From Octopus bimaculoides (taxonomy: Eukaryota): a DNA stretch of 33,160 nucleotides. A model generated the notes under the pieces. It searched no databases. It worked only from the letters and a program-made list of their open reading frames with translations, and had not been told where the DNA came from. Both the position numbers and the translations under genes were made by a program. Location: positions 1,421,261-1,454,420 of the forward strand of contig NC_068992.1 in the NCBI RefSeq assembly GCF_001194135.2, in the 5' to 3' direction. Shown here piece after piece: positions 1 through 12,459 of the stretch (the first letter of the stretch is position 1; each line of letters opens with the position of its first letter).

Positions 1-1942
1 TATATATATATATATATATATATATTACATGGGCACCTGATGAGTGGGACACCGTGCATCTTTTCAGACAACGCCAATTTGATGGAGAGAGTGAAGTAAC
101 ATGCGACACGAACTTTTAATTACTATGAACAAATGATTAGTGCAGGTCAATCGGCAAAAAGCTGAACGCCCATACATCGGTTTCGATGGGAAAGTCGATG
201 CTAATTATACCTACCTCATAAACAAGTATAAATAAAAACCGACAAGTCTTCTTTCTAGGAAAAGTAAATTACAAAACACAAGAGAGCAATTATCTTTCAA
301 CGCTAAGTACAAATAATTACAAAGGCCACTAAACTGAATTAAATAAGCAATTAGCATTAATTTCCATTGCAGGTACTATGCAGGTGTTGCAGATGTACAG
401 TACCAAAAAAAAAAAAACTCTCGCAATGTTTGACTGTGAAGTTGCAGTAATTTTTAATCGTGTTGGTATTGAAGACGTAAAGCAATAATGGCATATTAGC
501 GTGAATTCATTCATCTGTTACTTTTCACCGAAATTAAATTTGCACAAGACGAACGGAGTAAGTAGTGTATCTTCCAACTTTAAGAATACCAAGAAACATT
601 AATCGCTGCTCCTCATTTTTGAAAAAGATTAATTTATTTAGCCATTTAATGGTGAAAATCCGTAACTTTTCCGACGATAGGAAAATATCACGCGCAGACT
701 TCTATATTAACGAATCAAGTCAAATTAAATTTCTCTCTCGTTTATACACGATATAAATAATTCGTTAATAAAAATGAATTTATTAACGATATTCTTCAGA
801 AAACCTTCTTTTCCTAATGCAATATCTATTATTAAAATATTAGTGAAAAGTTTGATGAATTGGAAGAAACCATGCGCAGTGGTGTGTTGTAGGTATTTTC
901 AATGATTTCATAACTCTATATGTATCTTGAAATGCATTACATGCCTGGTGAGAAATTAAATTTGCAACAATTACTAACGAGAATGGAAAGGCATCAATTT
1001 AAAATATATACGAAGTCATTGCTTTAATTATCAATTCGTTTCGAATTTGATGTACAATTGAAAGTAACATCAGCATTATATTTATAAATTTTATAATTTG
1101 AAGCTACATTTCACCGCTGTTTTTATTGTTACCAGATTTTCACTAATGGAAGTTATTTAACTAAAAGCATACTCAATACGATTACATGGAAGAATCTCGG
1201 TCTGCATAATTTTGTTTATTTACACATATAAATCATACGTTGTTTACAATAAATCATACAAAATATTAAAACAAGTATTATTCTGACAATTCTTTTCCTG
1301 TCAATAAAGCAAATGTTATCTTCGCTATGAAACAATATATTTTTACTTGTCTCATTGCATTCTACAAACATGACAAGGGAAATATCTCCGTTTAATGATA
1401 TTTTTCTAGCTTAACTATAACTCATACATTTCTAAATACAGCACTAAAAAGTTATTTTGGATAATTTATACCGAAGATGCTGAGGTGACCTAAAATTGGG
1501 ATAGCGAAAGCACTCGAGAAGAATAATGATTACTTAGCATCTAACACATAGCTGTGTGTTTATATTTCGCAGAAGACACATAAATATACATAAATATACA
1601 TAAATATACACTCGTGCAAAAATTTAGTCACACACATATAAGTGCAGATGCTGGTTTTGCCTTGTCTGTAGAAAAACCGATATTTCCAGAGCGTTAAGAG
1701 CCAAGGTGTGTGATTGATTTTTATCAAAACGTTCCCCTTTCGACTAGTTTGATATTACACAAGCCTACAATTTCAAAACGAAAACATGAATTTTCCAAAA
1801 CCCTATACGAGTCATGTCGTTACTCAATATTCAAATTCAATAATGTGATTTTGGATAAAATATATGAAAAATATATATTTTGTGTCTTTAAATGTCGCAA
1901 ATCAACGTAGGAACAGATTTTGAATGTTTGCGTAAGTATGAC

Positions 1943-1990
1943 ACAACAACAAGAACAACAACAACAACAACAACAACAAAAATAACAACA
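1943..1990. repeat. (ACA)n microsatellite
   Basis: Direct reading. Confidence 0.95.
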
Positions 1991-2114
1991 GCAATGATGC
2001 CGTTATTATCAGTCGAGGGTTCAGGGAAAGCATCGGAGACACTACAGGACTATACCACGTGGGGTTACATTAAGGAGCGAGTAAAAATTAAAATTTCAAA
2101 AATGAATAACTCAC

Positions 2115-2465
2115 CGAAAGGCAGAGACGTTTTAGAGCTGCTCGTGGTAATCCCATAAATCTACGATCACCTTGGCAACTAGCGTAAGTATCCTCTCCTT
2201 ATCTTCTATTTACAAGTGAATACTTATAATTGGTTGGTTCACTCAGACTAACCTTGACACGTTCACCCAAATTTCAACAAATTTGCTGAAATTTAGCACT
2301 TCCTTTAGCACTACTTTAATCTCCTTTTTCGAATAAAACTTAATAAAAGCTGATGAGAGCTTGGGCGAAGAGGAAAATGTCTGTCTTCAGACTTTACAGT
2401 TTGATCTACAATCTCGAGATATGGCAAAGATGGTCCGAGTGAACGGACCTACTCTAAGCATGAGC
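2115..2465 (-). other. Candidate exon (5' UTR plus possible start MGLPRAALKRLCLS at 2156-2115) of an unidentified minus-strand gene
   Basis: Long polypyrimidine acceptor ccctctcctcgccctcttcctttattccttag| before 2465 and donor TCG|GTGAGT at 2114. The ATG at 2156 gives 14 codons up to a phase-0 donor. No homology recognised. Confidence 0.3.
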
Positions 2466-3278
2466 CTAAGGAATAAAGGAAGAGGGCGAGGAGAGGGCAT
2501 TTGTTATTGTGATCAGGTTAACCGTGGTTTTATGTAAGCTTGAAGATAAAGAGAGGAAGAAAGCGATTGGTTTTAATCTGTATCCTTTTGTAATTCAGTA
2601 TCTTCTTCTACAGGAGAAAACTAGGAAGGATATTTAAAAATATGTTAAGAAAATTACTTTCTAAAACTGATTATCCTGCTGGAAAAATCGAAAACATTCG
2701 ACAAAAATTTCAGGCGTTATATGTATCTCAATGAAAGATTTTCTTTTAGCTGTTGATATATTACACAGAAATAAGTCGATCGAAGTTTTGTAATGACAAC
2801 ATCTAATGTATGGCATTTGGCACTGAAGCTAGTGAAGTTGCACTGAACAACTCATTGGAGCGAGTGTGTTATTATCCAGAATACATTTGAGGCCCTGGGA
2901 AAATCATTTGAAACAATATATTTTATTGGATTTTCATACTGGTGTTCGAGATGCAGACATAGGCAGACGATTGGAAGTTGTATTGCAAATGCAATATATT
3001 GGTCGTGGAGGACCAAATGGTATTTCCACAAAACTTTTATAGTAGAAAATATTATATATTTTATAGCAAAAGAGACTTTATACACAATAGTAAATACATG
3101 ATTACAGCCACTAAGAAAAAAATCTCAGTTATGCGAGACCAAAGCAGCATTAGCTAAGTAAAAATAATTGAGATTGTTTTTAAAAATACCTTTTCCGAAA
3201 ATTGCTGATTCTATTTCCGCGTGTAACACTTCACTGGATGGTGTATCGGTCAGTATCGAAGTAATATACACAGTGACA

Positions 3279-3342
<64 letters not shown>
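3279..3342. repeat. (TATC)n microsatellite
   Basis: Direct reading. Confidence 0.97.
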
Positions 3343-3960
3343 CATCCTCACATACATACACACGCACTCACGCACACACACATATATATACATCCATATA
3401 TAAAATCCAAATTCAATACGTGGTTACACTCCTACGCAGATATTTAGTATTAGTAGTATCCAAGGAAGGAAACATACATTAACCGTCACAGAATAGTCTG
3501 AATTTACTCAAATATAATTCGTCAGATTTATCTTGTTTCTGTTAGAAATAATTATATAAAAACAGAAGAGGTAAGAGACGACAGCAAACATTCTCTACTT
3601 AGTTGTATCTCTTTAAATTCTAGTTTTAACCTGGAAGCAAACACCATTTTCCTTTTCGCAATCAATCCGTGAACGTGTAAGCAACGTGCTAGATTTCTCT
3701 CACCAATTTCGATTGCTTCTTTCCTGTACACAATAATACATGCCTCTTAAATGCATGCATGTACGACGACATTATTTAGAATTCAAGAAATCTAAAATTA
3801 ATTTCTATCAAAATATATTTCCGTATTATGAAGTAACTTATATGATGAATATCTCTCGTTAATTTATGGTTTCTACATATAAAGATGATTCCGGCCCAAG
3901 AACGTATACTTTCTTTCTTACATATAATAATGGTATTGGATATTCGAACATCACGTCTCA

Positions 3961-4945
3961 CTCCTCTGGAACTTTACCGTTCAAACTGACAGAAAGATAG
4001 ATGCGAATAGGCCAGACATTATATTGAAGCATTTCAGACAAAAATCATTCCCCCTCATTGATATGAGTGACCCAATCGATGTAAATGTTTCTGTGAAGGC
4101 CTACCAAAACCTGATCAATTATAAAGATCTTGAAATAGAAAGTGGCAAAATGTAGAACCTGAAGATTAAAACAATACCTGTTGTCATAGGTGCCTTAGGA
4201 ATAATAGCAAATGTCGTTGATTGCTACCTAGCTCACATACCAGGACACCCCAAAATGGCAGAAATTCAAAAGATAGTGCTCATGGGAACTGCCAATATGC
4301 TACTTAAAATACTGTCTATGTAATCTCAAATTTTAAAACAAACAATATTTTTTCTTATGCTTTCTTAAACATTCTCTTGAAAAATACTATGTGCAAAACC
4401 AAATATATGACACTCTAGGCATAATACGGACTTGAACTTGGAGCTCGTTGTCTCTTGAGGTCTCTGGGTGAGACTTGGTGTCAACTTGTAGAAATACAAA
4501 GCAAAAGTAAAAAATATAATAATACTAATAAATGTCCTGATGCAGTAACAGGTACTGATTCTCATGGCTTCTGATCTTATCTGAATCGAAGTGGTATCGT
4601 ATACATCATGTATCGTAGTAATATAACCGATGGCCTACGGCAAATATTTTACTCAATACCACACACTTGCTTTTCAGTTGCTTGATCATAACCAGTTGAA
4701 TATATCCCTCAGTGGCCGCCGATGTGCGCATCACTGATCACAAGCAGAAATAGTGCGGAACACCATAGTACTGTGTTGAGGAATTCTTTGGGCTTTGAAT
4801 CATTCACATTTGGAAACATATCTATTGTGTTCATCATCCTTAAACAAACTTTATTGATGGACAGTTTGAGGTGGATGGGCTATTCGAACTCAAGCAAATT
4901 CTAACTGGGCCCCACCTTTAAGGTCATGCGCTGTTTATCTTTTAT
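3961..4945 (+). mobile_element. 5'-truncated RLE-type (R4/Dong-like) non-LTR retrotransposon: restriction-like endonuclease C-terminus plus probable 3' UTR
   Basis: 3961-4323 translates (one frameshift, one stop) as LLWNFTVQTDRKIDANRPDIILK...IDMSDPIDVNV...YKDLEIESGKM*NLKIKTIPVVIGALG...IQKIVLMGTANMLLKILSM*. This matches the WDF..TD....RPD...ID.....KY.DL....VIGALG pattern of RLE LINEs. It is followed by noncoding sequence ending at TAT/TAA repeats; the 3' boundary is inferred. Confidence 0.85.
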
Positions 4946-4963
4946 TATTTTATTATTATTATC

Positions 4964-5015
<52 letters not shown>

Positions 5016-5062
5016 CCTTTCTACCATCATCATCATCATCATCATCATCATTATCGTCATCA
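4946..5062. repeat. (TAT)/(TAA)n then (CAT)n microsatellites
   Basis: Direct reading. Confidence 0.95.
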
Positions 5063-5300
5063 TTTAACGTCTATTTGCCCTACTGGCATGAGTTGAACGG
5101 TTTTGGCAGAAGTTGGGAAACCAGAGACTGCATCAGGCTCCAATTGTCTGTTAAGGCATCGTTTGTCTCAGCAGATACCATTTCTAACGCCAACCACTTT
5201 ACAGATTGTATTGGGTGCTTCATAGGCGGCAGTAGCACGGTTGCTTTACACGTGACACCAACCAGAGTGACATTTGCGTAGCACCAGCTCGGGTGCCTCT
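5026..5300 (-). mobile_element. Degenerate 3' end of an RTE-type LINE/SINE with (GAT)n tail
   Basis: catcatcatttaacgtc...ctggcatgagttgaacgg...ctaacgccaaccacttacaga...gggtgct resembles the abundant octopus RTE-tail repeat (recognised from memory). Confidence 0.55.
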
Positions 5301-5849
5301 TACCTGGGACATCAACCTGTGTGATGCTCTGCTTTAACGCTGAAGAGCTAAAACTTAACGTGTTGCCCAGGAGTAATGAGTTACCTGCCGAAACAATGCC
5401 TCAATGGTTAACAGGAGCGAAGTTAATCATTATACGGAGGAAATGCAAAAAATTTAGGAAGTGTGTCGAAATAGTTAAGCACTTCTGTTCGCACAAGAGC
5501 AATTACAATATGTGTTTCTATATTTTCTTAAATATATGCTAATAACTAATGTAAAGGAGCCATTCTCAGATCTTTCAAACAAGCATAATGGAATGGATTA
5601 GATGGGCAAACACTCACACACACACACGTCCATGCCTATAGATATGTCCGTACGCCGGCGAGTGCAACAGTGTGTGGTTTGGAGCAGTGTATGTGAATGC
5701 CGATATATATACGTGTGTGTGTCTGTGTGTCTGTGTGTGTATGTGTGTACATATATCTATATATATTATTGTATGTATGTTTGTATATATGCACATATAT
5801 ATTCGCACACTCATTTCGAAGAAAGCACATATATATATATATATATATA

Positions 5850-6304
5850 NNNNNNNNNNNNNNNNNNNNNNNNNNNNNNNNNNNNNNNNNNNNNNNNNNN
5901 NNNNNNNNNNNNNNNNNNNNNNNNNNNNNNNNNNNNNNNNNNNNNNNNNNNNNNNNNNNNNNNNNNNNNNNNNNNNNNNNNNNNNNNNNNNNNNNNNNNN
6001 NNNNNNNNNNNNNNNNNNNNNNNNNNNNNNNNNNNNNNNNNNNNNNNNNNNNNNNNNNNNNNNNNNNNNNNNNNNNNNNNNNNNNNNNNNNNNNNNNNNN
6101 NNNNNNNNNNNNNNNNNNNNNNNNNNNNNNNNNNNNNNNNNNNNNNNNNNNNNNNNNNNNNNNNNNNNNNNNNNNNNNNNNNNNNNNNNNNNNNNNNNNN
6201 NNNNNNNNNNNNNNNNNNNNNNNNNNNNNNNNNNNNNNNNNNNNNNNNNNNNNNNNNNNNNNNNNNNNNNNNNNNNNNNNNNNNNNNNNNNNNNNNNNNN
6301 NNNN
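5850..6304. other. Assembly gap flanked by (TA)n and mixed AC/GT repeats
   Basis: Run of N. Confidence 1.
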
Positions 6305-6338
<34 letters not shown>

Positions 6339-6526
6339 CATACACACATATAAATGCGCATGCATATTCATGTATATATGTATATAAATTACATACATGA
6401 AAAAATTAATATATATAGATATATACACATCCTCACATGTAGTCGTTTACTTATTTGTTATTAAAATCTATAATTATATTAAAATATTTGCACCTGCATT
6501 CCTCACAAAATAATGGCGTATCGTGT

Positions 6527-6550
6527 TTACTACTACTGCTACTGCTACTG

Positions 6551-6606
<56 letters not shown>

Positions 6607-6637
6607 GCTACTACTACAACTACTACTACTACTACTC
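6527..6637. repeat. (CTA)n/(CTG) microsatellite
   Basis: Direct reading. Confidence 0.97.
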
Positions 6638-6808
6638 ACTTTCCTTCATTTCGTCGTTGTCTAGCATGGCACTATATTTCTAGTCTGTCATATATTATGG
6701 CATATTTCAATTGACGACGGCGATTCGTTCACTTCAATTTCCTTGAAAGATAATTGCTGCTGCTAAATCACTTATAAATTTTCCATTGTTTTCTGAAAGC
6801 CTACTCAC

Positions 6809-6840
6809 CTCCACCACCTTATTGCGCATGGAGTTTTACA
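6809..6840 (-). other. Candidate 32-nt exon
   Basis: caaatacattttatag|TGTAAAACTCCATGCGCAATAAGGTGGTGGAG|gtgagtag; splice signals only. Confidence 0.25.
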
Positions 6841-7339
6841 CTATAAAATGTATTTGTTTACTAGAATACTTATTCATTTTCAGGTATGAGAAATCAATGG
6901 ATACATTGGCATTCTCATACAGGTGCGGTTAAAACTCGTATATATTTTAAATCCCATCATATTTCTTGGTCTACATCTATGTATCTAATAAGAGAATATA
7001 TGTATATGCGCGCGTTTTATTTGTTGTGTGTGCGTATATATCTGTGTACGTGTATTTGTGAGTGTTTTCATTTTTAATTTCACTTTTGTTTCAGGCCCTA
7101 TTTATTTTTCCACTCTTCTATCTTCAAATCATGTCTCATTCATCTCTATACCTGGGTTTCTAACAGTAACTTCGATTGTATGCTGTATTAGAGTAGATCT
7201 TTAATTTTCTTCCGCCGTAAGAAGCTCCCGTGTCGGTGAATTAAAAACATTTAGATGTTATTTGAAGCATTTCTCTGTCGTATGTTATGATACAGCAGAT
7301 GCATCAGTTGTTGTATCCTATATATTACTGATTGAGCAA

Positions 7340-7715
7340 ACTTTACGTAAAAGAATAAACTCTCCAGCCATGACCACTATTCTTCGCTTTGGTATATCAT
7401 GTACGACTCTGCGAATGACAATTTCTGCTTCTGATACATTCCGATGAGTTGTCACGTAGTCGCAAATCACTAGATATAGTGAATCCCAATAAAATCGATA
7501 CATATAAATTATGCAAATTCATCATGGATTCAACAAGGTAGAGCATACAGAGATAGCAACCGATTCTCGTGGCACAGCTGACAAGAAACCGATGACACAT
7601 CCTTGATTGTATTTTGATCAGGAGTACTCGTACTGCATTTCATCTCTCCCGACGATCAGTCCCTGTGAACGCATCTGGGTATGGATTACAGATTCGGATA
7701 GCTACTCTCCTTTCC
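7340..7715 (-). mobile_element. Highly degraded LINE apurinic-like endonuclease (APE) remnant
   Basis: Frameshifted motifs in the expected order: AISVCST (approx. ISVYAPT), RFYWDSL, DIPKRRIVVMAGEF (approx. IP..D.VI.AGDFN). Confidence 0.35.
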
Positions 7716-7912
7716 CTTAGATATTGGATATAAAGCAATTGTGAAGTGGTTCGATTGCAACTCCTCTGCGCAGCAATGGACGTTTATTTCCCCAAATAAT
7801 ATTCTTTTCTACTCTAGGCACGTTTCTTACATCTCAATGACTAACGGTAGTTCAACATGCTCACCCGAACTGGCGAATGCATGTTGATTGAGCGATATAT
7901 TCTGATTCCAAC

Positions 7913-8049
7913 ATTCTTTGGGCTTTGAATCATTCACATTTGGAAACATATCTATCGTGTTCATCATCCTTAAACAAACTTTATTGATGGACAGTTTGAG
8001 GTGGATGGGCTATTCGAACTCAAGCAAATTCTAACTGGGCCCCACCTTT
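7913..8049 (+). repeat. 137-bp direct copy of 4783-4919 (LINE 3' UTR segment)
   Basis: Base-by-base comparison shows one mismatch (tctatTgtg versus tctatCgtg). Confidence 0.95.
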
Positions 8050-9523
8050 TTATATTGCTGAAATTCTAAACTTTTTCCATTTAAAAAATTTCGAAACATA
8101 GTCAATTTAAAATTTTCTAAAAATAATTATAGCATTAATTTTTTTTTTATCCCACCTTTGTTAGTAGCATTACTAGTTGAACAAGACCAACATGGTTCGG
8201 ATCAAGTGCCGAACTACGTTTGTAACAAGTAGCTCTTAAATCTAGTGTCGCAGAGCTTAGAGTAGGTTGATAACTTACGTAAATCACTCCTTCAAATATT
8301 TTCATACAGGCTGTTAAGTAGACCAAATAACTATTTCTGGAAAATTATTAATAAATAAATAAATGAAAGTTTCAATTAATGCGTTTATGCAGAATATATA
8401 CAATATATTAATCATATCCTTTATCAGCAAAGTTAGACAAGAAATATAAAATAAAAAAATATGGAAATAACGGAGGTCTTCAGTGATGCATCAAATGAGT
8501 TTTCAATTACATCCCCGCTTTCATAAAGACGGTAATCTATTCTTTCAGATACATGGATGGAGGTTGTTTTTGAATACCTCGGATAGAAATAAGGCTTTCT
8601 GGTTTTATACATATTAATAATATACAATGATGATGAGTAGAATGCATGCAGATAATTTTCACACTATGAAGCTGACTATGAAAATATTTGTGTTGTTGTT
8701 TCTTATTTTCCTGTTTATTTTTTGTTGATAATAGCTAAATCATTGCAAAGTATATTCTACCCGGGTAAGAAATTCAGTGGTTCTAAGACGAACACAATAT
8801 CGCAAGGCAACTTAATTATATAGACCCACTTTGGTGCATTCAACTTCACGCACAAGAGCATAAACATACACATTTGCACACTTAACACACACGCACATAA
8901 AGCACATACACGGATAAAGATATACATAAATATATACAAAAAAGAAAAGCACAAGCGAACGCAGACAGAAAAGTACACATCATAGAGGAATATACACAAA
9001 AAATATATACATGTCTACTAATTTTATTTGTATACAAACACGGATGGGCGTGTGTGAAACTATGGTGTGAAAGTGAACTTATACATACATGGAAATATAT
9101 CGATATCTGAGTATGTGTGTGTTTGTATACATCATGAAATACACGACTATTTTTGTATTTTCTTATTAGTTCTTACAATAAGTTAGGAACTTTAGGGTTC
9201 CTACATGTGTATATAATACATTCAGACATTTGTAAACTCATTTCATTTTTTTACCTTTTTAGAACAATTGCCTTCTTTCTCTTTCCCTCTATGATATGTC
9301 TTTTATACTGGTTTTCATCTTACCACTCACGTGCTATCACTATGATGGATCCTTCTGATAGAAGTAGAAGTATAATGGATATACGTCTCTAAAGACTTCA
9401 CAATGAAGTTTGATTATGCGTTTTGCATTAAATATCCAATACTACATTTTGTTAATGAAATGCACGTAAAATGCTGTTACTAAATATTTTATGAGGAATC
9501 ATTTCTTGGTGGGAAACAAACAC

Positions 9524-9648
9524 AAACACAAACACACGCACACACACACTCACACACACATATATATTTATATAGATAGATAGATAGATATATAGATAGA
9601 TAGATATATAGATAGATAGGTAGATAGATAGATAGATAGATGGATAGA
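9524..9648. repeat. (AC)n/(GATA)n compound microsatellite
   Basis: Direct reading. Confidence 0.95.
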
Positions 9649-11056
9649 TGAAAAAAAGGGTTACGAATCCACACAGATCAAAGGTTAATGTTTAAATGTA
9701 AAGGTAGAAACAGCATGAAGGTATGTTTAAAGAATTTTTGTTATATATTTGATACATTAAGTGACTTCTTTGAAATATTACTGGTTTTAATGTGTCCATC
9801 TCATGAATTACTAAAAATTCGAAGCAAAAAATTATGAAATCAGAAAAAAAATAATCAATAAGAAGAAATTGGAAATTAAAAAGAGTTTGTTCACATATTT
9901 TGTGCGTAGTTGTGAACACGTCTGGAATTTTATCTTCAAGTTTCTTCTGATATAAGTTGTCTGTGTAGTGTTGCAATTTACGAAACGTAATAAATGCAAA
10001 AATGATAAATAAATAGTAATTATAAACGCTTGTAATGCTTGTATCGCTATGCAGGCGTATATGCTATTTTTAAAGTAGTTTTCCGATTACCTACCTGAAA
10101 ATATGGAAGCACATGTAGACGTCAAAAAGTTCTTCGTGGTAACATTTAAGTAAAAATACGCACATTCACATGAAAGTATGCACACACCAATACACATTCA
10201 CGCGCGCGCACACACACACACGCACACACAATCATAAACACTCACATACGTACGCACACATATTCGCACGCACTCATACACGCATATATTTCTAAGGCCT
10301 ACGAGTCAACTACTTCACGTTTCACGTTCGTAAAATGCGATATTCAGACGCACCGTTACACGGCATACCATATGCAATCCAACAATCGCTCAGGTATATA
10401 TAACCCGTCCAATACATGAGAAAATACGATCAATAATGGCGAACAAATGCTAGGGAAAGGAGGATAATCTGCATCAACAACATTCTCACAGTATACGTAT
10501 GACGTCAGTTTAACGGAAGTTAGTTAAGCTTTTGGCGAACGAATTATCTCGCTTTCCGTTCATACGTTTAGCCACATTTTCCCCGTAGTTTGCCAAAGTA
10601 ATGCCATGTGGTATAAACCAGAATGGTTGTCGATCGTGCGCGTTACTCCTTATAGTGTGCCAGCATAATGCACTATCCGAGCACAACACCTGAACGCAAT
10701 ACAAGGCGCCCGCACACACACATATGTATGTATACACATATATGTACACACACTCACACGCGCACACACAAACAAACACACATACACACACATATATTTG
10801 TATATACGTATGAATGTGTGTTTGTGTGTTTGTGTCTGTATCTTTAAATATAAATGTCAGAAAATGAATATACACACATCTCATTGTGGATTTCTGACGT
10901 CTGGCAATTGGGATTCAATATGTTGAGGCAACAAAATAAATTGCTGTATTAACACGAAACGTGGTGCACATACCATTGACACGTAAACTATAAAATGATT
11001 TTTCGGTCATAAACAGCCACAAAGTGTGGCGTGTCTTTCTATTTTTAATTTTTAGT

Positions 11057-11257
11057 ACAACACATCATACGTTCAGCTCTATATTTAAGAGATGAGGAAT
11101 TATGTACATTATTTACATTATTAACATTTGACAGATATTTGTCCTCATCTTGTTTGTTGTTAACACAACGTTTCGGTTGATATACACTCCAGCCTTTATC
11201 AGGTGTCTTGGGGAAATTTCCAACCTGGGTTCTCATTCCTAAGGTATTTTTCGATGT
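11057..11257 (-). mobile_element. Inverted partial copy of the SINE body, containing a hammerhead-like motif
   Basis: Reverse complement matches 11393-11581, with 4 mismatches in the outer ~118 nt. Confidence 0.9.
11161..11207 (-). ncRNA. Minimal type I hammerhead ribozyme motif (Penelope-type), probably inactivated
   Basis: Minus strand reads GACAC-CUGAUAA-A-GGCUG gaguguauau CAACC-GAAA-CG-UU-GUGUU. Stem I is GACAC/GUGUU, stem II is GGCUG/CAACC (1 mismatch) and helix III is the palindrome ACGU. The core has G8 changed to A. Confidence 0.65.
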
Positions 11258-11334
11258 GCCCACGGTCATATGGCGTAGTAGTTAAGAACGCGGGCTACTA
11301 ACCGCAATATTCCGAGTTCGATTCCAGGAAGTGA

Positions 11335-11395
<61 letters not shown>

Positions 11396-11581
11396 CATCC
11401 TTAAATACTTTGGAATGAGACCCCAGGTTCTAAATTTCCTCAAGGCTTGAGGGTATATCAGCTGAAACATTGTGTTAACAACAAACAAGATGAGGACAAA
11501 TATTCGTCAAATGTAAATAATGTAAATAATGTACATAATTCCTCATCTCTTAAATATAGAGCTGAACGTATGATGTGTTGT
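11258..11581 (+). mobile_element. tRNA-headed SINE: tRNA-like head (11265-11337), (TAA)n spacer, body with deleted hammerhead core
   Basis: A-box-like TGGCGTAGTAG (11271), B-box GAGTTCGATTCC (11314-11325), acceptor-like stem GGTCA/TGACC, (TAA)n at 11341-11393. The body retains ggcttgagggtatatcagctGAAAcattgtgtt but lacks about 13 nt including CTGATGA. Confidence 0.8.
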
Positions 11582-11605
11582 CGTAATGTATCTCAGAATG
11601 CATGT

Positions 11606-11668
11606 GTCGGTCCGTGGCAATAAAGATGGAATTTTGTCCAAGGTGCCATGCATTGGGGTCGATCCCGT
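11606..11668 (-). mobile_element. Short degenerate fragment of the SINE family seen at 23381-23539
   Basis: gtcggtccg...gtccaaggtgccatgcattggggtcgatcccg aligns by eye with 23435-23497. Confidence 0.45.
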
Positions 11669-12459
11669 AGCTTGTTATTTCGTAGCGAATTTCTTAATGG
11701 TTAGGTTATACACATCTGCATATATTCACTCACCATCGCACACACATGCAGACAAATATGGAGACAAACATACACACATACATATTTACATGCACAAACA
11801 CAGACATGTCTTTGTATCCCTATGCTTGAATAAACTGCTTAGCTAAAACGTGTATTTCGCTGTTATTTGTAATATGGTGTATGAATTTAAATCTACTTAA
11901 TGTATAGACCCACTATCAGTAGAGGCTTACTCTCTCCAGTTTTTATACTTGGAAATTTCAAAACATATCATTTATACATGAGTATATGAGTATAATTGTT
12001 TAAGAATATATACAAAGCATTTTATATAATCTTAGTTGAAATAATCATGCTTTGGGATTTAACGATAAACATTAATAAGCCTAAAATTGTGAAATCCGAT
12101 AAGAGAAAACCAAACTCTTTCATTGAATAGGCGATTGTAAGAAGATAAAAAACAATATACAAAATGTCTTTAAGTCTGCGTAGAAACTAATATATACTTA
12201 GAAACTGAATATAATTAAGATATTATGTAGAGAAAAGAAGGAACAGCAATTAGGATGAAAAGTCCACTGTATACTTTTATAGGTGGAAAATGTTTTGGTT
12301 CGTGTATAACACTCTTAATGTAGCAATTTAATTATGGCAAAGTATTTTGTAATCTTTAAAAGTAATCCATTACAATTATTCTTGTGGATCAAGTGCCAGT
12401 ATTTTGAGAGAATGTAGGGTTTGGAAATATAAAGCATTATTTCTACGTGAAGAAACGGT

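Noticed and set aside
31-60. CTGATGAG hammerhead-like start at 37
   Set aside because: No downstream GAAA and no convincing stem II
1471-1518. CCGAAGA...GCGAAAGCAC hammerhead-like string
   Set aside because: Core mutated and no stem I pairing
2350-2372. CTGATGAG...GAAG
   Set aside because: No stem II and no GAAA
5602-6714. Long ORFs in the ORF track
   Set aside because: Translations of TA/AC/CTA repeats and N runs; the same applies to the similar ORFs at 14.7-16.1, 18.5, 20.1, 26.3 and 30.7-32.8 kb
7721-7800. Strong plus-strand acceptor then IGYKAIVKWFDCNSSAQQWTF (ricin-B QxW-like)
   Set aside because: Single short motif, no good donor, and it overlaps the probable LINE remnant on the other strand
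10500-10507. TGACGTCA (CRE) in a mildly CpG-richer patch
   Set aside because: One 8-mer is expected by chance in 33 kb; no promoter context
11265-11337. Functional tRNA gene
   Set aside because: Imperfect anticodon and T stems, no oligo-T terminator, and it is embedded in a SINE
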